Program-made: the position numbers and the translations under genes
In this document: piece by piece, positions 39,743-52,431 of the stretch
How the letters are laid out: the number at the start of each line of letters is the position of its first letter
How positions within the stretch are numbered: position 1 is the stretch's first letter
Notes under the pieces: model-generated
Told to the model about the DNA's origin: nothing
Databases searched by the model: none
Seen by the model: the letters and a program-made list of their open reading frames with translations, nothing else
NCBI GenBank assembly: GCA_951406725.2
Contig: OX597820.1
Location: forward strand, 31,372,001 to 31,436,000
Direction of reading: 5' to 3'
Length of the DNA stretch: 64,000 nucleotides
Source of the DNA: Octopus vulgaris
Taxonomy: Eukaryota

Positions 39743-40153
39743 TTACTCTTATACTTGTTTCAGTCATTTGACTGTGGCCATGCTGGAGCACCTCCTTTAA
39801 TCGAAGAAATCGACCCCTGGACTTATTCTTTGTAAGCCTAGTACTTATTCTATCGGTCTCTTTTGCTGAACTGCTAAGTTACAGGGACGTAAACACACCA
39901 GGATCGGCTGTCGAGCGATGTTGAGGGTCAAACACAAATACACAAACATATACATACACATGCATACCTACATACATATATATATATATACAATGGGCTT
40001 CTTTCAGTTTCCGTCTACCAAATCTACTCACAAGGCTTTGGTTGGCCCGAGGCTATAGTAGAAGACACTTGCCAAAGGTGCCATGCAGTGGGACTGAACC
40101 TAGAACCATGTGGTTGGTAAGCAAGCTACTTACCACACAACCACTCCTGTGCC
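39743..40153 (-). mobile_element. SINE family A, full-length
   Basis: Homologous to 19455-19838. Confidence 0.85.
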
Positions 40154-40789
40154 TATTATAAGCTATCTTCTACAAAAGCTATGTGATGTACTAATATAAG
40201 GTTTCTCAAACTGGGTTCTGTGAAATGCCAGGGTTCTTCTAGCAGGATAAACTGTTGACCACACTGAGAATTGAACTCAGAGACGTTAGTTTGAACGAAT
40301 CCTGCAACACATTCTATCTAACATTCTTATGACTCTTTTAAGGTGGTGAGCTGGCAGAATCCTTAGAATGCCAAGCAAACTGCTTAGTTCCATTTCATCT
40401 GTTTTTATATTCCAAGTTTAAATGTCGCTGAGGTCAACTGTGTTTCATCCTTTCGGGGTTGATAAAATAAGTACCAGTTGTGGACTGGGATTGATGTAAT
40501 CAGCTTACCCACTTCCCAGAACTTACTGGCCTTATGCCAAAATTTGGAACTATTCTTATGACTGTACTAAATTGTTTGTTTGTGTGTGCAGATGAGCATG
40601 TATGTGTAAGTGCACGTATTTACAACACTGAAGTGTATACTTGAGTATACTGTGATCTGTTGTCCAGTTTAACAACCTTCACTACCAGCACCATTACTTA
40701 GCTTTTGGAAACTTTTTTTAGAGTCTACACTCCACCACAAGTATTCCAGCCATAGGTCTTGCATATGTAATCAAAAAAGGCAGTACAGC

Positions 40790-41420
40790 ACATATGACTT
40801 TTGGAAACATTTTTTTTCACACATAGAATTGCTGAAGCATGGAATAAGCAATCCCTGTCAGTTATTAGCTGACAGGACTTCATTCTTCAAAAATTCCATG
40901 TTTCCGCAAATTGCCATTGAAGCATGGAATAAACTATTAATGTCAATTATTAGCTGTTGGGACACCACATCCTTCAAAACCTCCATGCTTCCTGAAATTC
41001 ATTGTCAATGCATGGAATAAACTACCCAGACCAGTTATTAACTGTTGGGACACAGAACCCTTCAAAAATCCCATGCTTTCTGAAATTTGCCATTGAAAAT
41101 CAATGTCAGTTGTTAACTGTCAGTACACTGAATCCTTCAAAACTTCCATGCTTCCTGAAATTCACCATCAAAGCATGGAATAAACTACCCACATTATAGT
41201 TAGCAGTTTTCGTATTGCATCCTTCAAAAATCCCATGCTTTCTGAAATTTGCCGTTGAAGTATGGAATAAACTATCAATGTCAATTGTTAACTGTCAGTA
41301 CACCACATCCTTCAAAACTTCAATGCTTCCTGAAATTCACTATCAAAATATTATAGTTAGCAGTTAGGATATTGCATCCTTCAAAAATTCCATGCTTTCT
41401 GAAATTCACCAACACAACTC
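40790..41420 (+). repeat. Minisatellite of about 7 units (up to 88 bp) derived from a CR1-type LINE 3' end
   Basis: Repeated gcatggaataaacta...ccttcaaaa.tccatgctt.ctgaaatt matches the reverse complement of 10056-10195. Confidence 0.85.
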
Positions 41421-43064
41421 TTGACATGCCTACGTGCCTTTTTCCCGTTATGTCTCTTTTAATATTCCTTTTTCTATCTCTTTCTGTTGTAGTCAGTGTA
41501 CTATGCATGTACTTATTTCTAGCTTTCATTGCCTTCTTTCTTTACTTAACTTATCACTACTTTCTGTCCCCTCTTTAAACCTTTCCTGATGAGTTGTAGT
41601 CCATCTGAGCAGTGTATACAATAAGCTCATTATCATTATACACACACGAAGGCAGTGAGCTGGTTGAATCAACAGCACACTGGGTGAAATGCTTAGCTGT
41701 ATTTTGTCTGCCATTATGTTCTGAGTACAAATTCTGCCGAGGTCAACTTTGCTTTTCATCCTTTCAGGATCAATAAATTGAGTACCAGTGGGGTTGATGT
41801 AATCAACTAGTTCCCTCCTACACTTTCCATGCTGGTATGAGTTGGCATGAATTGGATGAGCTAGCAAACAGAGGACTTTGCCAAGTTCCAATGTCTTCTT
41901 TGGCATGGTTTCCACAGCTGGTTGCCCTTCCTGATGCCAACCAGTTTACAGTGTGTAATTGGGTACTTTTAACATAGTTCTCACACCAGTGAGGTCACCA
42001 AGTAACTCACGAGGAGAGTATACTATTGAGGGAAGTGGCTTTATGCCAGGTGAACGAGATGTTAAAGTATGATAGCAGGTCTTGTGGTTTTGGATGGTAT
42101 TCATTATTAAGATGGGTGTGGTGTTTGGGCTGGTGGTGGCAGTGATTACACTGGCCACAATAAGGAATGTGGTGGTGGTGATGGTAGTTGCAGCAGTGGC
42201 AGTGGTGATAGTAGTGGTGGTAGTGGTGATAGGGGTAGGTTTTGTGGTTTTGATGGTGCTCATATTGGGGAGTGTAATTGTATTGGTGATTGAGGTTTTT
42301 GTCAGTGATGGTACTAGCTATAGTGGAAGTGATGTTGGTGGTAGTTTAGCCGCAGGTCAACTTCAGTCAAGCAGACCCAAGGTCAAAATCATTCCAGCTG
42401 TGACTATCTCACTTGTTTATCATCTGCTGGGAACTTGGGGCCACATTATCTAGTGTGTTTGTTTCTTAAGACACTGTAGGGCATAATTTGATGAAGAGTC
42501 AGCTGCTACCTCAAGCAGGTCAAACAACTGCATAGTGGTTATCTTATTGACCTGTGTGATGGTGAAGTCCATGGAGGTCACCATGGAGGTGGAGGTTTCG
42601 GCAACTGTACTGGCCTCTGGGCCCTAGTTGTAGTGGTGATAGAGGGCAGTAATCCTATCAATGATGCTGTGAACAGTGGTAGTGATAATGCTGATAGTGG
42701 TGGGGATGGTGATGGCTTTGGTGGTAGTAGTGGTGTGGCTATAGTGATTATGATACTGGCCATGGTGATGATGTTGGTGCTGCTATGATGGTGGTGGTGG
42801 TGGTGGTGGTGATAGTTGTGATGCTGTTTGCTGGAACTAATTGACCTGGTCATGATGGTGATCATGATGATGACAGTGCTGATAATGGTGGTGGTGGTGT
42901 AATGGTAGATGGGGGCTTTGTAAGGTGGTAACAATTTTGAATGGCTTGGTGGTGTTGATACTGTAGTGGTGGTGGTGGTAGTAATCGTAGTTGTTATGGT
43001 CAAGACTGCTGTTGGTAGCAGTTTGAGGTGCTAGTGGTCATGGAGATGGTAGATAGTGGTCATG

Positions 43065-44560
43065 GAGATTTTGGTGTAATTTGAGAGGATAATACAAAAG
43101 TTATGGATGATTTAGTGATTTACTGCAAAACCCATGGTGACCAAAAGGATCAGAACGGTTGCTTTTACTCCGTGTTTTAGTATATTTAACCGGCGAACTC
43201 TAATGTTTTGAATTTGTTTACGTGACGGTTCGTTTACTAAACATTAGTAAGAATATTTGCAGTGTACTTTGTTAATATAATGCCACTTACTCCGTTACCA
43301 ATTCGTCAGCAGATTATTAAGCTTCGAAGGAAGGATAATTTAAGTATTGGATCTATTGCAAAGATTGTTAACAAGTCAAAAAGTGTTGTACACGGTATTC
43401 TTAAGGTCTACGATGATTGTGGTTCGTGTGAAGCAAGAAAGTTTACAGGTAGGCCAAGAAAAACGACCAAGAGAGAAGATCGTGCTATGGTAAAGTTGGT
43501 TAAAAAGGACAGATTTAAAACTGCTGCTGCTGTTTCTCGGAAAATGAGCATTGTATTGAAGAAAACTTTATCTCGAAAAACTGTGTCTCGTCGTTTAGTT
43601 GAACATGACCTACAAGCAAGAGCACCTGCAATGAAGCCACTGATCAGCTCCAAGAATAAAAAGTGTCATCTTACCTTTGCAACCAAACATGTGTTGTGGT
43701 CTCAAGAAAAATGGCAAACGGTGCATTTCAGTGATGAATCTAAGTTTATGTTATTTGGCTCAGGTGGGAAAAGGTAAGTTCGTAGAAAAGTAGGTGAAAA
43801 ATTGTCGCCTAAATGCCTTAAGACTAGTGTCGGTGGAGGAAGTGTCATGGTTTGGGGGATGATATCTGGAGATGGTGTGGGCCCTTTAGTGCAATTACAT
43901 GGAAAGGTAAATGCAGGAGTTTATAAACAACTTGTAAAAGATCATGTCTTGCCTGTGCTGAGTAATTCAACTAAGCGACCACCCATATTCATGCAGGACA
44001 ATGCCCCATGTCACAAGGCTAAGGTGGTCATGAACTTCCTCAAGGCTGAAAAGGTTATTGTTATGGATTGGCCTGCTCAAAGCCCAGATCTCAATCCTAT
44101 TGAAAATGTATGGAATATTCTAGGAGAACGTTCGAAAGCCAGAAATCCTAAAACAACTGAGCAATTATGGAATGCCCTTCAGGAAGAATGGAATAAGATC
44201 ACCCAGCAAGAAATTGAAAATTTAATTTCCTCATGCAGTCGAAGATGTCAGAGTGTGATTGAAGCTAAAGGCTTCACACTAAATATGAAATAATTCCAGT
44301 ATTCTCTGTCATTTTTTGATTATTTTGTTATTTTTTCAACCGTTCTGATCATTTTGGCCGCCATGGGTTTTGCAGTAAATCACTAAATCATCCATAACTT
44401 TTGTATTATCCTCTCAAATTACACCAAAATCTCAGAAAATAACAATTAATATTGTATTTATTGTCTGTGAAAATTATAGAATACAAAACTACTTTGATAA
44501 AAAATTATATCTACTTTTCTGACAAAAACAATGCCGTTTTGAACATTTTGGCCGCAACTG
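43065..44560 (+). mobile_element. Tc1-family (DD34E) IR-DR transposon with left end truncated
   Basis: 43065-43161 is the inverted repeat of 44337-44433. The right TIR continues to caactg|TA at 44560 and has inner and outer direct repeats ccgtt.tga.cattttggccgc. Confidence 0.95.
43280..44293 (+). pseudogene. Tc1 transposase with one in-frame stop (TAA 43775-43777)
   Basis: HTH region, GRPRKTT, FSDESKF, GGGSVMVWG, FMQDNAPCH and WPAQSPDLNPIE, with 34 residues between the second D and E. The two ORF halves are in the same frame. Confidence 0.93.
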
Positions 44561-45049
44561 TATATATACATATATACATACATATAAACATATACATATA
44601 TATATAAACATATACAAATATATACATATATACACATATATACACATATACACATACATGTATATATATATATATACACATATATACATGTATATATATA
44701 CATGTATATATATATATGTATATATACATACATATATATACATATATACATATATATACATATATATATATATATACATGCATATATATACATATATATA
44801 TACATATATATACATATATATATACATACATCTACATACATACATATCTGTATATATATATATGTATACATATGTTTATATAAATAAATATATGTATATA
44901 TATATATATATATGTGTGTGTTTGTGTGTGCATACACACATATATCTCACACCATTTTACATCCCCTTTCTATGGTAGCATATCATACACACATACACAT
45001 ATACACAGAGCATAGTACGAACATACACACATACATATATACATATATG

Positions 45050-45118
<69 letters not shown>
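44561..45118. repeat. TA/CA-rich low-complexity tract
   Basis: Read directly from the sequence; source of many spurious ORFs. Confidence 0.9.
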
Positions 45119-45484
45119 GCAAGGGTGGGACAGTTTGTGCCATACCGTTTATACCACATGCATAGCAATGAAGCATTTAGAAAGTTTGTTAATGCAATAA
45201 TAGCTTGCACCAGACCAATTTGGCTGCAGTAGATGTAAGCATGAGGGATGGCGCTGTTGCCATGGAGACACAGAAGAAGCCAAGACGGAGAACTGAGCAG
45301 TTTCGATAAAAATAAAAATTAACAATAAAAATAAATGATTATAACAAAACAGTAAAATTTTGAAAAAAAAAAAAGGAATATCAAATGCAAACCACAAGAA
45401 AAATTTAAAACACAAAAGTAAAAGAAAAAAATCTTCTCCAAAAATAATGATGATGATGATGATGATTTTTTTTTGTTATTGTTG

Positions 45485-45522
<38 letters not shown>

Positions 45523-46199
45523 GTTATTATTACCAATGCCCAGCATAAATCAATGTTTATTAACCGATAAAGATGTGCTTGGTTCTTTAGTATTATGTAT
45601 GTATGCATTTTATTTATTCATTTTCGTTCATTTTGTTTATTCAGTGCATGTGTATTTCTGAATGTAAGTGTGCATGTACATATACATGTGCAGGTCAAGA
45701 CACACACACACATACACGCATCGCTTATACACACACATCCAAATACATGCTCACACACACAGGCATACACTCACCCAGAAAGTCTGAATTTATCTTCTGG
45801 TATTAGATTACAACAGTAGGTGAGAATGTGTGTAATTTGTGTGCGTTTATATATGCACATGTATGTGCGATGGCGTTTGGGTCCCTCACACAGACACACA
45901 CATATACACACATGCACACACACACACACACACACACACATGCACACACACACACACAAATGTTCACCGATATCACTGTCTCCAATTTTTCTTATGGCAT
46001 AAGATTGCAATAAACAGTGTGTGTGAGAACATCTGAATGAGAGCTTTGCAGATGATGGAGACAGCATACATTCAACATAATGGTGTAGACATAAAAAGCA
46101 GTATTCATGATCAGATGGTTGGTGCTTTGCATCTCAAGTTGTGAAGATGCATAGACTAGTAGTTAAGGTGTTTGGCTTATGCATATCATCTCTATCTCT

Positions 46200-46258
46200 C
46201 CACTGGTTTCATGCATAAAAATTTTGCTACCACTGGTTTCATGCATAAAAATTTTGCA
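46200..46258. repeat. 30-bp tandem duplication
   Basis: ccactggtttcatgcataaaaattttgc occurs twice, 30 bp apart. Confidence 0.9.
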
Positions 46259-47006
46259 ATTGTCCAATTAATTCGATTTCAAGATGCTGGTATCTGCTTC
46301 TATTTTAGATAGATACGAGATGGTATGATGTTGAGCATGGGTTTTTACTGTTTGATACTACTCTGTGTGTGTGTATGTGTGTGGTGTAGGAGTGGGTGAG
46401 TGGTAAGTAGCTTGCTTACAAACCACATAGTTCCGGGTTCAGTCCCTCTGCATGGCACCTTGGGCAAGTGTCTTCTACTATAGCCTCAGGCTGACCAAAG
46501 CCTTGTGAATGGATTTAGAAGACGGAAACTGAAAGAAGCCCGTCGTTTATATGTATGTGAATATATATATATATACATGTGTGTGTGTGTGGGGTGTGTG
46601 TATATACGTTTGTGGGTATACAAAATGTATGTATAACTCTTAATTTTTCACTGTAGCCATGCTGGGGTACCATCTTCTGCAGTACTTATTTTATTGATGC
46701 CTATATCAAACTCCTAAGTTATAAGGCATAAAGAAACACGATATAAACAAATTTTAGTCTGCTTTAAACACACACACTTCAGAGTTGTATTTGTCTGGTA
46801 AAGTAACTTGATGTGTGAGTGATAAAACTGGTACAATTACATCCTGCAAGAGCCATTTTAGAAATTTAAAAAACGTGAATACACCATTACAGTCAATTTA
46901 GCTGTATTTTGTGATGGTAACACACACTTTAAATTGTTACAAAAAATTCTGTCATACATCTACAAGTTGGTCATTGACACTGTGTCAAAAATAATTAGTG
47001 TGTGTG

Positions 47007-47186
47007 TACTTTAGTTGCAGGTTAACAAAGCTGCTGTTGGTTTCATGCCAAGAGATGTCTCAGCAATTATCAAGCCTGCCACATGGGACGTTGGTATTCA
47101 TCTTCATGTGGCAGGTTTGATAACTGCTGAGAAATCTTCTCTTGGCATGAAACCAATGGTAGCCTTGTTAACTCACAAATAAAGTA
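47007..47186. repeat. Imperfect fold-back inverted repeat (about 80-bp arms, 19-nt loop)
   Basis: gttaacaaagct...ttggtttcatgccaagaga...cctgccacatg pairs with catgtggcagg...tctcttggcatgaaaccaa...ttgttaac. Confidence 0.85.
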
Positions 47187-47352
47187 TATTTATCCACCAA
47201 TGCAGTGTTGGGCACTCATTCTCACTATTCAATATTAGCATGTGTATGTGCATATATATATGTATATATACAAATTGAGATAGGGGTTGTAAATGCAACC
47301 CTCCATGGGATAACATATATCCAATATACTGCTAGTGAAGTACCCAACAAAG

Positions 47353-47391
<39 letters not shown>

Positions 47392-49063
47392 CTAACTATC
47401 AATGGAGGGTGGATAGATGGATGGGGGAGGAGAAGAGAAACCAGGGAACATCATGGAATCTAGTAGCTGGACAACTAACTTCTAACATAGGAAGTTTCTA
47501 ATCCGGCAAGTTAATCAATAATAATAACAACATAAACGATAAACATCACATTGATAATCAATGGATAGAAAATGGATTTCTATGCAAAGAAAAAAAAGGA
47601 CATTTGAATGAATCAATCTTGTTTTCTCTCGCTCTCCCTCCCTTTCAGTGGTCATTGTTGTTGTTGCTGTTGTTATTTCATTACCCCTGTCAGTCAGCTC
47701 TGATTAAGCAGGTGTATAATCAAAGGTTTTCCAACCATGACAATCACAATATATTTTTCACATATATATATAATCTATCGAAGGCTACATTATTTCATCA
47801 ATGAGCCTTGTTTTTCAAGATAGATGTCAGTATGTGATTTCAGGGATTTGGCTGCTATTTCTAGCAGACTCTCTCTTTCTCTCTCTTTCTTTCCCTTTCT
47901 GCCTGTCTTACTAGCCCTGTTAGTCAACACCTAACAAGAATTATGATTAACCATCACCAACTAATAATGTTTATTCTCATATATACTATATGTAAGACCA
48001 CACTGTTTAATCAAGGTGTCTTGTCTTTCAAGATGGACATCAGTCCGATTTTAGAAACAATTGGTTACTATTTCTAGCAGGTTCTTTTTTCCCATCTCCA
48101 TTCTTTTCCCTTCTTTGTTACTCTTGGTCTCTCTCGCTCTCTCTCTCTCTCTCCAACTTCTCTTCTCTGTCTTTTTCTTCAACCTTCTTGCCCAGTCTGT
48201 CCATACGTACATATCTCTCCCTGTCTCTCTGAGTTCAAGAATTAGGAATCTAATTTGCTTCTCAACCACATGGTTCTAGGTTCAAACCCACTACGTGGCA
48301 CCTTGGGCAAGTGTCTTCTATAACTTTGGTCTGACCAAAGTCTTGTGAGGGAATTTGGTAGGCAGAAACTGGAAGAAGCCTGTAATATATATGTGTGTGT
48401 ATGTGTTGGACAACTGTTGTCGGTGTATTTGCATCCCTGTAACTTAGCAGTTTGGCAAAAGACGTTGATAAAATAAATACCAAAACACTGATAAGTACTG
48501 GGGTTGATAAGTTCGACTACAATTCCCCATAGTGGTGCCCCAGCATGACCACAGTCTAATGACTGGAACAGGTAAAAGATAACCATCACAAGCTTTGGTT
48601 AGCCTAGGGTTATAAAGGAAGTCATTTGCTGAAGATGCTGTACAATAGAACTTTCACGAAAACAACAGGTGTGGGGCACGGGACAAATTTCTTAACCAAA
48701 CACTCATACTCGCACCAGAAACAAATATTTAACAAAATGAGTCAGTAAGTACTTTGATTAGCTATCCTTGTTCTGTGTACAATAATATTTCATTGATTTC
48801 TAAGTTGAGAATTTTTAATTACTGTAACAATGTCAATATGACAGTAGCGACATAAGTTATGAAGACATGAATTCAAGTTATACATAATATATACATACAT
48901 ATATATATATATACACACGGGTGTTATGATTGTGTATAGAAAAATATATTAATCAAAGGAAATGCAACTTTGATTTCACATTTTATTTACAATCTTATAA
49001 TAATATAATATAAGATAAGGTGATATAATAACATGATAAAATTCTTAAATGTTCATACTGATT

Positions 49064-49104
49064 GAACTAGTACTTTCATGCTTTAAATTGCAATCTTCAG
49101 GTTC
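49064..49104 (-). ncRNA. Minimal type I hammerhead ribozyme
   Basis: Minus strand GAAC CTGAAGA T TGC aatttaaa GCA T GAAA GTAC TA GTTC. Stem I GAAC/GTTC, palindromic AGTACT stem III, CUA cleavage triplet. Confidence 0.7.
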
Positions 49105-49160
49105 ATGTAGTAGTGGTGACAGTTGTAAATTGTAAAACATAACTGTCACCACTACTACAC

Positions 49161-49203
49161 GAACCTGATGATTACATAGTTTAATGCATGAAAGTACCTG
49201 TTC
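49161..49203 (+). ncRNA. Degenerate hammerhead (mirror copy)
   Basis: GAAC CTGATGA TTACAtagtttaaTGCAT GAAA GTAC CT GTTC. The conserved U16.1 is replaced by C. Confidence 0.45.
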
Positions 49204-49267
49204 AATCAGAATGAACATCTAATATTCTATCATTTCATTATATTATCATATACTATATTATTATAAG

Positions 49268-49407
49268 ATTGGCGTTAGGAAGGGCATCCAGCCGTAGAAA
49301 CATTGCCAGATCAAACTGGGCCTGGTGCAGCCATCTGGCTTCCCAGACCCCAGTTGAACCATCCAACCCATGCTAGCATAGAAAGCGGACGCTAAATGAT
49401 GATGATG
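49268..49407 (+). mobile_element. RTE LINE 3' tail (short)
   Basis: Same family; ends in (GAT)n. Confidence 0.8.
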
Positions 49408-49449
49408 TAAATAAAATCTGAAAACTTGACAAAGTTGGAATTTCTTTGT

Positions 49450-49497
<48 letters not shown>

Positions 49498-49500
<3 letters not shown>

Positions 49501-49885
49501 TCTTTTACTCTTTTACTTGTTTCAGTCATTTGACTGCGGCCATGCTGGAGCACCGCCTTTAGTCGAGCAAATCGACCCCGGGACTTATTCTTTGTAAGCC
49601 CAGTACTTATTCTATCGGTCTCTTTTGCCGAACCGCTAAGTGACGGGGACGTAAACACACCAGCATTGGTTGTCAAGCAATGCTAGGGGGACAAACACAA
49701 ACATATACACACACACCCATACATATATATATGACAGGCTTCTTTCAGTTTCCATCTACCAAATCCACTCACAAGGCATTGGTCGTCCCAGGGCTATAGC
49801 AGAAGACACTTGCCCAAGATGCCACGCAGTGGGACTGAACCTGGAACCATGTGGCTGGTTAGCAAGCTACTTACCACACAGCCAC
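49498..49885 (-). mobile_element. SINE family A
   Basis: Homologous to 19455-19838. Confidence 0.85.
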
Positions 49886-49887
49886 TA

Positions 49888-50852
49888 TATCATCATCATC
49901 ATCATCATTGTTTAACGTCCGCTTTCCATGCTAGCATGGGTTGGACAATTTGACTGGGGTCTGGCGAACCAGATGTCCGCTTTCCATGCTGGCATGGGTT
50001 GGACGATTTGACTGAGGACTGGCAAACCAGATGGCTGCACCAGGCACCAACCACTCCGAGAGTGTAGTTGGTGCTTTTACGTGCCACCAGCACAAGGGCT
50101 AGTCAGGCGAAATGGTGATTTTTTATGTGCCACCTGCACAGGAGCCATTCCAGTGACACTGGTAACGACCTCGATCAAATTTTTCTTCCTGTGCTACCAG
50201 TAAGGCGATGCAGGTAATGATCATGCTCGAATGGTGTTTTTTTTTTATGCGCCATTGGCACGGAGGCCAGGCAACATGCTCTGGCAATGATCTCTCTCGT
50301 ATGGTACTCTTAGCGCTCCACTAGCACGGATGCCAGGCATCGAATTTGATTTCGATTTCGATTTCACTTGCCTGAACATGTCTTCGCAAGCAGAGTTTAG
50401 TGTCCAATGAAGGAAAGGTACACATAAGTGGATGGTTACACCCCTGGCATAGGACACAAGGTTATGGTCTCACTTGTGCTTGCCAAGTCTTCTCAAGCAC
50501 AGCATATTTCCAAAGGTCTCGGTCACTAGTCATTGCCTCGGTGAGGCCCAATGTTCGAAGGCCATGCTTCACCACCTCATCCCAGGTCTTCCTGGGTCTA
50601 CCTCTTCCACAGGTTCCCTCAACTGCTAGGGTGTGGCACTTTTTCACACAGCTATCCACATCCATTCTTGCCACATAACCATACCAGTGCAGTCGTCTCT
50701 TTTGCACACCATATCTGATGCTTCTTAGGTCCAACTTTTCTCTTAAGGCACTAACACTCTGTCATGTACGCACACTGATATTACACATCCATCGGAGCAT
50801 ACTGGCTTCATTCCTTGCGAGATAACACATGTCCTCAACAGTCACAGCCCAT
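49888..50852 (-). mobile_element. 5'-truncated RTE LINE: ORF C-terminus, 3' UTR and (GAT)n tail
   Basis: WAVTVEDMCYLARNEASMLRWMC and RRLHWYGYVARM...GRGRPRKTW are RTE C-terminal motifs. The stop at 50462-50464 is followed by the abundant tail sequence. Confidence 0.9.
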
Positions 50853-50859
50853 ATGTGTA

Positions 50860-51100
50860 TATATATACACACACAAGACATGGATGAACATGGAAATACA
50901 TTTACAGTATGGATCAATGTAGAAATATACACATAAAGGTTTGGTTGATGCAAAATTTCATACACTGATTAGGCTGACTTGGAAACACACACACAAGGCT
51001 TGAGTTTATGTGGAAATACACACAAGGCCTGGGTTGATGTGAAGAATACACACAGGGCTTTGAGCCATGTGGAAATACATGCATAATGTTTGGATGAACC
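50860..51100. repeat. Degenerate minisatellite, unit about 30 bp
   Basis: Repeated atgtggaaatacacacaaggcttgggttg-like units. Confidence 0.6.
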
Positions 51101-52004
51101 CGTGATGCTCTGTTAGATGATACTCGCCCACGATGCTGTAGAGAAGGGCTGACCTCCAGATCTCATAAATGCTAGTCAAACTTCTTGTCCATTGGGCCAT
51201 TAATATTAAATATTAATAAATACAATACACATACATATATATATTCTGTCTAATTATTGTCCTGTCTGCCACAGAGAACTGTGTCAACTGTCATTTAATG
51301 ACGAACAATTAGCTTGTTAAAAGAAATTGGAAATGGATAGATAATAAAGAGACCATATACATTTAGTTATGCATACATACATACATGCATACATCCGTAC
51401 ATACATACATACTTACACACACATATATCACTATCATCATTTTATATCTACTGTCCATATTATATATACAAACATATACACATTTATGTATGCATATGTA
51501 TGCGTGTGCAAGTGTGTGTGTGTGCACGTGCGCATGTGTGTGTATAATCACACAATGATGGTTGATCTGACAATATATATACATAAATTATAGAAATTGC
51601 TGTTCTCAGTCTGGGAAATATAAAACTCATTTGTGTATTTATTACAGCATATATATATGTGTATATATATATATGAATATGTGTGTGTATGCATGTATGT
51701 ATATATGCAATTTCCATCATCCTTTTACATTTATTGACAAGGCAACCGTCTCTGGACAACAGAGAATGTATTTGAATGTATTTGTATTATGGCTGTTTCT
51801 ATGTTTCCATGGTGACAGAACTTAACCTGGTAGCCAGCTGAATGCGGAGACCCAATTTGTCAACTCAGCAACATTGGCTTCTAAATGTGACAAACAAGGA
51901 TGTTTCTCAGGCAGTCCAACAATTGTCTGCTGGTTGATATAATAAATAAAGTTGGTCAATCAACCATTTTTCTCTTGATAGCTATTCTGTCGCCTGAAAC
52001 TGCT

Positions 52005-52431
52005 CTCTTTACTCTCAACTCTTTTACTTGTTTCAGTCATTTGACTGTGACCATGCTGGAGCACCGCCTTTAGTCGAGCACATCGACCCCAGGACTTATT
52101 CTTTGTAAGCCTAGTACTTATTCTATCGGTCTCTTTTGCCGAACCACTAAGTTACAGGCACGTAAATACACCACCATCGGTTGTCAAGCGATGTAAGAGG
52201 GACAAACACAGACACACAAACATATACACACACATACATACATATATATATATATATATACATATATACGATGGGCTTCTTTCATTTTCCATCTACCAAA
52301 TCCACTCACAGGACTTTGGTCAGCCCGAGGCTATAGTAGAAGACACTTGCTCAAGATGCCACGCAGTGGGACTGAACCCAGAACCATGTGGTTGGTAAGC
52401 AAACTACTTACCACACAGCCACTCCTGCACC
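52005..52431 (-). mobile_element. SINE family A, full-length
   Basis: Homologous to 19455-19838. Confidence 0.85.

Larger units (their letters stand above)
48991..49270. repeat. Fold-back inverted repeat of a hammerhead-bearing element
   Basis: Arms of about 135 bp around a short loop near 49127-49138 (gtagtagtggtgacagtt / aactgtcaccactactac). Confidence 0.88.

Noticed and set aside
42082-43003. Hydrophobic or Thr/His-rich ORFs resembling membrane or mucin-like proteins
   Set aside because: Degenerate (GGT/GAT/AGT)n low-complexity DNA with no splice or domain support.
43770-43795. Splice-donor-like aggtaagt at the transposase stop, or rescue of the stop by A-to-I editing
   Set aside because: The implied intron would be too short and the conserved YVRR motif runs through the site. 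A simple Tyr-to-stop mutation is sufficient, and there is no evidence for editing.
44458-45232. Long ORFs rich in Y/I/C/V/H/T (here and throughout the window)
   Set aside because: They are translations of TA, CA and trinucleotide microsatellites.
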